Virus record (IMG/VR): IMGVR_UViG_3300011008_000038
Location: 22,871-86,870 of that record
Reading direction: 5' to 3' (one strand)
DNA from: a virus
Taxonomy: Duplodnaviria > Caudoviricetes
Length of the DNA: 64,000 bases
Shown: positions 59,085 through 64,000 of the stretch, one piece after another
Layout: each line of letters opens with the position of its first letter
Numbering within the stretch: position 1 is the stretch's first letter
Notes under the pieces: model-generated
The model's input: only the letters and a program-made list of their open reading frames with translations
Told to the model about the DNA's origin: nothing
Database searches by the model: none
Translations under genes and position numbers: made by a program

Positions 59085-60581
59085 ATGGCAAAAACTTATG
59101 CAGATTTATTTAATGATATTCAAATATTTCCATATGGAGATGAAATATTTGAATTACAAAAAGAATGTTCAGAAATAGATTATATGGAAGCATACATAAA
59201 TAATCAATTATATATTAGAGAAAATTTTACAACACCAAATGATTTATTAATGGAATCATTAGATGATGATAGATTGAATAGATTAATAACAGAAGCTGAA
59301 GAAAAATCAAATTCTTGGTTTGAAAATATTAAAGGTTTTATTGAAAAATTTTTCAAATGGATTTTAAAATGGCTCCAAGGATTTTGGAAATTCATCACAT
59401 CACCTTTTCAGAAAAAAATGAGAGAAGAAGCTACTGTAATAATAGATGAAGGAACAAATGCATCAGCAAAATCATCAAATAATGATTCTACTAATAATAA
59501 ACCTGAAGTTATGATTAAAGCTGGTCAAGCAGAAAAAACTCCTGAAGAAAAAAGAAAAGAAGAAGAACTTGCACAAGAACTTGGAGAATCTATGTTAAAT
59601 TTCAATCTTGATGATTTATTATTTGTAGAAGCAGATGGTGAAGAATCAACCGGTAAAAGAGTAGCTAAAGCTATTGGATCAGCTGCATTAAGTGGTGATG
59701 GTAAAGCAATTGCTGGAACTGCTAGTGGAACAGTAAGATTTGTGAAATGGATATTTAATCTAAATCAAAATATAAAACCAACATTTGAAAAATTAAATGC
59801 AAATAGTCCATTAACATTAAATGCTCTTGGTATTTCATCAAATAGTTCAACAGGTGGATATAAAGTGTCATATCAAATATCAAAAATAACCTCTATGATT
59901 GAACAAGCAGTTGAAGCAAAAGAACTAAAAAGTGATTTTGCTGAAGTATTGAAAGCTTCGGTTAACTTTAAAAATATTACTTATGTATTTATCACAAAAA
60001 AATCTAATACTCCACTTATCTCATTAGACACATTTAAACATACATTTGATATGTTAAATTCTAATAACGGTAAAGGTACATCAGATATGTTCAAAGGCAC
60101 AATACTTAGATTGTTTGGTTCAAAAGATTTAGCTAACAAAATTCATGAAGAAGTATTAAAATATAGCAACCAGAATACACAATATCCATTTAGAATAACA
60201 AGTGTTACAGATTTTGAAGGAGTAATTAAAGCTCTTCATAAAGTTCTTGTGAGTAATCAAAAAGATAATTCTGAAAATAAATATAATTATAGAGGAACTA
60301 AGAATAAGAGTGAGGCCGATAATAAAACAAGTGGAATTACACAAGGATCTTCACTTGGAAATGGATATGTTAGAACAAAAGCTAATACCGATACTCACTT
60401 TAATTTAGATCCAGATACTCATAGAAGACGTGTATTAAAATTCTATAATGAATTCTCAAAAGCATCAGCTAATATATTGAGAGGCATGCAAGTTGCACAA
60501 TCAATTTCAGATATGATTGTGAAATCAATTCCAGGTATGAAACGTGATAAATTTGTACAAAACCAAATTACAAAAGGATAG
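59085..60581 (+). CDS. paralog-array protein (putative internal head/ejection protein)
   Basis: MAKTYADL..PYGDEIFELQKECSE..MEAYINNQLYIRENF..LLME-S. Confidence 0.65.
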   Translation: MAKTYADLFNDIQIFPYGDEIFELQKECSEIDYMEAYINNQLYIRENFTTPNDLLMESLDDDRLNRLITEAEEKSNSWFENIKGFIEKFFKWILKWLQGFWKFITSPFQKKMREEATVIIDEGTNASAKSSNNDSTNNKPEVMIKAGQAEKTPEEKRKEEELAQELGESMLNFNLDDLLFVEADGEESTGKRVAKAIGSAALSGDGKAIAGTASGTVRFVKWIFNLNQNIKPTFEKLNANSPLTLNALGISSNSSTGGYKVSYQISKITSMIEQAVEAKELKSDFAEVLKASVNFKNITYVFITKKSNTPLISLDTFKHTFDMLNSNNGKGTSDMFKGTILRLFGSKDLANKIHEEVLKYSNQNTQYPFRITSVTDFEGVIKALHKVLVSNQKDNSENKYNYRGTKNKSEADNKTSGITQGSSLGNGYVRTKANTDTHFNLDPDTHRRRVLKFYNEFSKASANILRGMQVAQSISDMIVKSIPGMKRDKFVQNQITKG

Positions 60582-60655
60582 AATATTATCATAGATAGCT
60601 CTCAATATTGAGAGCTATCTATATTTAACATTTAATAATAATTTTATATAAAGGA

Positions 60656-61111
60656 TTGATTTATATTATGATAAGTCAGATATTACCAGTTTCTCGTGTA
60701 TGTGAAGAATCATGGTGTAGAGCAGCTAAAGATTATAGATTTAACGAAATTGGAGTATATAAGATTCATTCGACATCATTGATGCCGTTAATTCCATTTG
60801 AAACAGCAAAACAACAAAAAGAAAATATTGATGAAACTATTTTTCTTAATGATGATGAAACTAAATTAACTTTGAATAAACAAATTGGTACACAGAATTA
60901 TTTAGAGACTAGATATGTTGGAAGAGCTCCATTAAAACAATATAGCAAATCATCAAAATCACCAGAAGGTGAAAAATTTATATTAAAATGCTATGAAGGC
61001 AATCCTAACACAGAATTTAGAGTATTTGGGACTGAAGATGCTATCAGAGGTTACAATAAGGATGCCTCGGAGAATAAATATTTACCTGGAGGCGGAGAGC
61101 ACACTGATTAA
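60656..61111 (+). CDS. hypothetical protein
   Basis: ORF track. Confidence 0.6.
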   Translation: MIYIMISQILPVSRVCEESWCRAAKDYRFNEIGVYKIHSTSLMPLIPFETAKQQKENIDETIFLNDDETKLTLNKQIGTQNYLETRYVGRAPLKQYSKSSKSPEGEKFILKCYEGNPNTEFRVFGTEDAIRGYNKDASENKYLPGGGEHTD

Positions 61112-61160
61112 TTTATATTTTTTTATTAGTATAAAGCATACTAATAATTAGGAGGTGAAC

Positions 61161-61607
61161 ATGTTGAGTAACACAGCTGAAATATCAATGAGTATCATTA
61201 GTGGACATAATGCGGTTATAAATATGAAACGATTATATGAAACAGCACTAATATCAGATAGTGATGATTCATCTAATTGTTTCAGAATCCCATTTAATGA
61301 TTTCTTTTTAAAATATAAATTAGAATTAGATAGAATTAAAGAAACAATTAATTTGGAATATTATTGGAAAGAACAAAATAAAGATGATCCAAAAGTTTGG
61401 AATAAATGGGAAGATAGATATTTTTATAAACCAAAAACATTTAGTTATGATTACTACAACACAACAGAGTTATGGTTAGCTGTAATACGTGCAAATAATA
61501 TGAAAAATGTGTATGAATTTCATCAACCAATAATTCAAGTATATAATAATATTAAATTAAAACGATTAATCACAATATTTAAAAAACGAGAAGAAAGGAG
61601 GAAATAA
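61161..61607 (+). CDS. baseplate wedge / LysM-like protein (T4 gp53-like)
   Basis: YFYKPKTFSYDYYNTTELWLAVIRAN..EF motif; SD AGGAGG. Confidence 0.6.
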   Translation: MLSNTAEISMSIISGHNAVINMKRLYETALISDSDDSSNCFRIPFNDFFLKYKLELDRIKETINLEYYWKEQNKDDPKVWNKWEDRYFYKPKTFSYDYYNTTELWLAVIRANNMKNVYEFHQPIIQVYNNIKLKRLITIFKKREERRK

Positions 61608-61610
61608 TAG

Positions 61611-62939
61611 ATGCCACTACCAAATGAATATGTTGGGAATTCAACACTGGGAGATCCAAATATCCATTTAGCAGGAGTTCAATATGAAAGAAATCCTAAC
61701 GCTGAATATGGATATCATATTAATAATACTGGAACTATTTGTGTTACATCAATTACGCATACATATGGTAATGTTTTAGGTATAATAGAAAAATTTCTTA
61801 TTGATTTATTTCCTATTGATTATTTTAAAACCGTATTACCAGCTACACAAATAGCAGCCAGACAACTAAAACACACTCCCAATAAATTAAGTAAAAAAGA
61901 AGCTCCAATTATGTTATTATCTCCTAGAGTAGTTTTTGGTCAGGATGAAAATCGTTTTTTAGGTCATACTCCATTTAATGATAGAATGACAAATACACAT
62001 TCCTATTGGGGAGATGGATCATTAATATCATTGGCAGAGGATAAAAGAAAAAATATTTATATACATGGAAATTATAATAGAATGGTTATGTATGTTGATG
62101 TTGTGTGTACGTTTGATACTTATGGTGAACAATTAAACACAACTAATTATATTTATAACATGTTTCCAATTGGACATACACAAAGTATTGCAACTCCGCT
62201 AGAATTATGTATACCTAAACACATGTGTTCTGTAATATCAGGTTTGTCCAAAATTCCAATAAAAGATGGTAAAGGATCTGTATATGATTTCTTAACTTAC
62301 ATGAATACAATATGGAATGGTACTATCACATATAAACTCAGAGGTGGATCCAATACTGATGATTTTTTGTGGCACTATTTAACAAATATAGATGTAACAT
62401 TTCAAGATGTACAAATGGATCAGGGTCAACGAAGTGGACAAACAGTTCATAATTATAATATAACATTTACAATTAGATGTGATTTTAATACTATTGGTTT
62501 TTTAAAAATAACCCATCCAGAATTTAAAACTTTGGTAACAGTACCTGATACGTCAGATAATACAATTCATACAATATTTACAGATGTAATTAATATTAAA
62601 GATTTTACAATTCCAATGGGATGGACTATTTTAAGTTGGCCAATATTTAAACTAGAAGAAAATGAAAATACAATTGATATATCATCAATATTAAATGATT
62701 CTTTAAATACTGCTATAGATTATCATTTAAGAATAAATAAACCAATTGAAAATTTCATTAATATTCAATTTCGTGAAAATGGTCAAGTTATTAGTAAAGA
62801 ATTATTTTATGTTGATTGGGAAAAAAGAATACTTCACATATTACAACCTAATTACAAAAAAACTTATAGGATGATAATTACTGTGTGTCCAGAATATATA
62901 AATAATTTAGTTAGTGTAATATACAATTTAAATGAGTAA
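61611..62939 (+). CDS. putative virion structural (tail-completion-like) protein
   Basis: ORF track, structural-gene context; function weakly supported. Confidence 0.45.
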   Translation: MPLPNEYVGNSTLGDPNIHLAGVQYERNPNAEYGYHINNTGTICVTSITHTYGNVLGIIEKFLIDLFPIDYFKTVLPATQIAARQLKHTPNKLSKKEAPIMLLSPRVVFGQDENRFLGHTPFNDRMTNTHSYWGDGSLISLAEDKRKNIYIHGNYNRMVMYVDVVCTFDTYGEQLNTTNYIYNMFPIGHTQSIATPLELCIPKHMCSVISGLSKIPIKDGKGSVYDFLTYMNTIWNGTITYKLRGGSNTDDFLWHYLTNIDVTFQDVQMDQGQRSGQTVHNYNITFTIRCDFNTIGFLKITHPEFKTLVTVPDTSDNTIHTIFTDVINIKDFTIPMGWTILSWPIFKLEENENTIDISSILNDSLNTAIDYHLRINKPIENFINIQFRENGQVISKELFYVDWEKRILHILQPNYKKTYRMIITVCPEYINNLVSVIYNLNE

Positions 62940-63125
62940 TTGTAAAGAAACTTTAATGATAATATAAATTTATCTTTATATAGTAAAGGAGATTACAAAC
63001 TATGAATGGTCTTTTTAATTTAGATGCTCTGTAATTGTAAAGAAACTTTAATGATAATATAAATTTATCTTTATATAGTAAAGGAGATTACAAACTATGA
63101 ATGGTCTTTTTAATTTAGATGCTCT
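62936..63125. repeat. exact 95-bp tandem duplication containing SD and start codon
   Basis: GTAATTGTAAAGAAAC...AAGGAGATTACAAACTATGAATGG...GATGCTCT at 62936-63030 and 63031-63125. Confidence 0.92.
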
Positions 63126-64000
63126 GTTTGATGAGTCAACAGACATGGATGATTTAATGGATTTAGAAATTAATATGGAAGATGCTGAATTTAGTACTAA
63201 AAATCCTGCAACTAACCCAACAATGGATATTGATAAAGATGCGACTGGAGCGCACGATATAAGCATTCCTGTTCCAGGTGGATTAAAAGAAACACCAAAT
63301 GCAAAACCAAAAGATGAGCAAAGTATTCCAATCCCAGGTGGACTTAATGAAACACCAACAGCAAAACCTAAAGATGCTATGAGTATTGGAGTTCCTTCAG
63401 GTACGACATTATCATCTGCAGCATACAATAATGCATTAGATCTTTTAAAGAAATCATATAAAGAAAGTATGGAAGCAATTGATATGTTGAAACATGTTCA
63501 AGTTTACGATGAATCATATGATGATCTTATTCTTGAATCATTGGATAGTAGCGAAAAATCAGAAATTAAAGCAATAACTAAAAAACTAAAATCAAAAATT
63601 AAAGAATCAAAATATGGATCTAAATTTGAACCATATTCAAAATGGGAACTGTTTAAAGCAGTTTTTAAACAAAATAATATAAATAAATTAGTTGCTGATG
63701 TTACAGTATTAAAGTTCGATACAATTCTTAAACAAGTCTTCAATACACATGGTTTTCAAGTTTTAGGATTTTATTCTGGTACAAACATTACTTCAATACT
63801 TACTGATTTAAACAAAATGTTTGCAGATGATCTCGAAGAATATAAATTATTTGCCATCGATGTATCGAGTAGTAATTTTGGAGATGGGTATATTGTTTAT
63901 GTTGATAAAAAGAAAAATAATCTTTTCTCAACAAATTTCAAAACAGCAAGTGCTAAATTAAGTCAAGCTGCAAAAGAAGATAAAAAATCAAAAGTATCAG
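63097..64000 (+). CDS. hypothetical (putative head) protein, 3'-truncated by window edge; missing from the ORF track
   Basis: SD AAGGAG, ATG 63097, open to the end: MNGLFNLDALFDESTDMDD...; internal 20-aa repeats SIP[VI]PGGLxETPxAKPKD. Confidence 0.75.
   Translation, partial: MNGLFNLDALFDESTDMDDLMDLEINMEDAEFSTKNPATNPTMDIDKDATGAHDISIPVPGGLKETPNAKPKDEQSIPIPGGLNETPTAKPKDAMSIGVPSGTTLSSAAYNNALDLLKKSYKESMEAIDMLKHVQVYDESYDDLILESLDSSEKSEIKAITKKLKSKIKESKYGSKFEPYSKWELFKAVFKQNNINKLVADVTVLKFDTILKQVFNTHGFQVLGFYSGTNITSILTDLNKMFADDLEEYKLFAIDVSSSNFGDGYIVYVDKKKNNLFSTNFKTASAKLSQAAKEDKKSKVS

Noticed and set aside
51765-63125. Tandem duplications as CRISPR repeats or DGR template/variable regions
   Set aside because: Only two adjacent identical copies with no spacers, no A-specific mismatches and no reverse transcriptase in the window
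3629-63743. Short antisense or alternate-frame ORFs in the track (e.g. 3629..3925, 8516..8785, 9632..10030, 14683..15039, 36067..36393, 53153..53548, 63048..63428, 63504..63743)
   Set aside because: They are nested in or opposite longer genes with recognisable motifs and look like shadow ORFs
1-64000. tRNA, rRNA, CRISPR arrays, chimallin
   Set aside because: No cloverleaf, rRNA or repeat-spacer pattern seen by eye; chimallin is too divergent to call or exclude without profile searches

Overview
A very AT-rich, densely coding 64-kb segment that looks like part of a jumbo bacteriophage genome of the phiKZ/AR9-like type. The supporting genes are a multisubunit RNA polymerase beta-prime gene, a PhuZ/TubZ tubulin, RecA/UvsX, a UvsW-like helicase, a T4-like primase, an HU-like protein, many large virion/tail-fibre genes and a tandem array of paralogous putative head proteins. 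The window is rich in selfish elements. (i) A 1392-nt group I intron splits the RNAP catalytic motif (GDY/DGD), is predicted by IGS pairing to end in A rather than G, and carries a GIY-YIG endonuclease on the antisense strand. (ii) A Pro1 class-3 mini-intein sits in the Walker A motif of an AAA+ ATPase. (iii) An extein-less, intein-derived HINT/LAGLIDADG gene lies before recA. (iv) A free-standing HNH gene is flanked by a 124-bp duplication of its neighbour's 3' end. (v) A PD-(D/E)XK-like endonuclease gene follows the RNAP gene. Four exact tandem duplications (35-95 bp) between 51.7 and 63.1 kb may be assembly artefacts. No tRNA, rRNA or CRISPR array was seen. All protein assignments come from motif recognition by eye, not from database searches.
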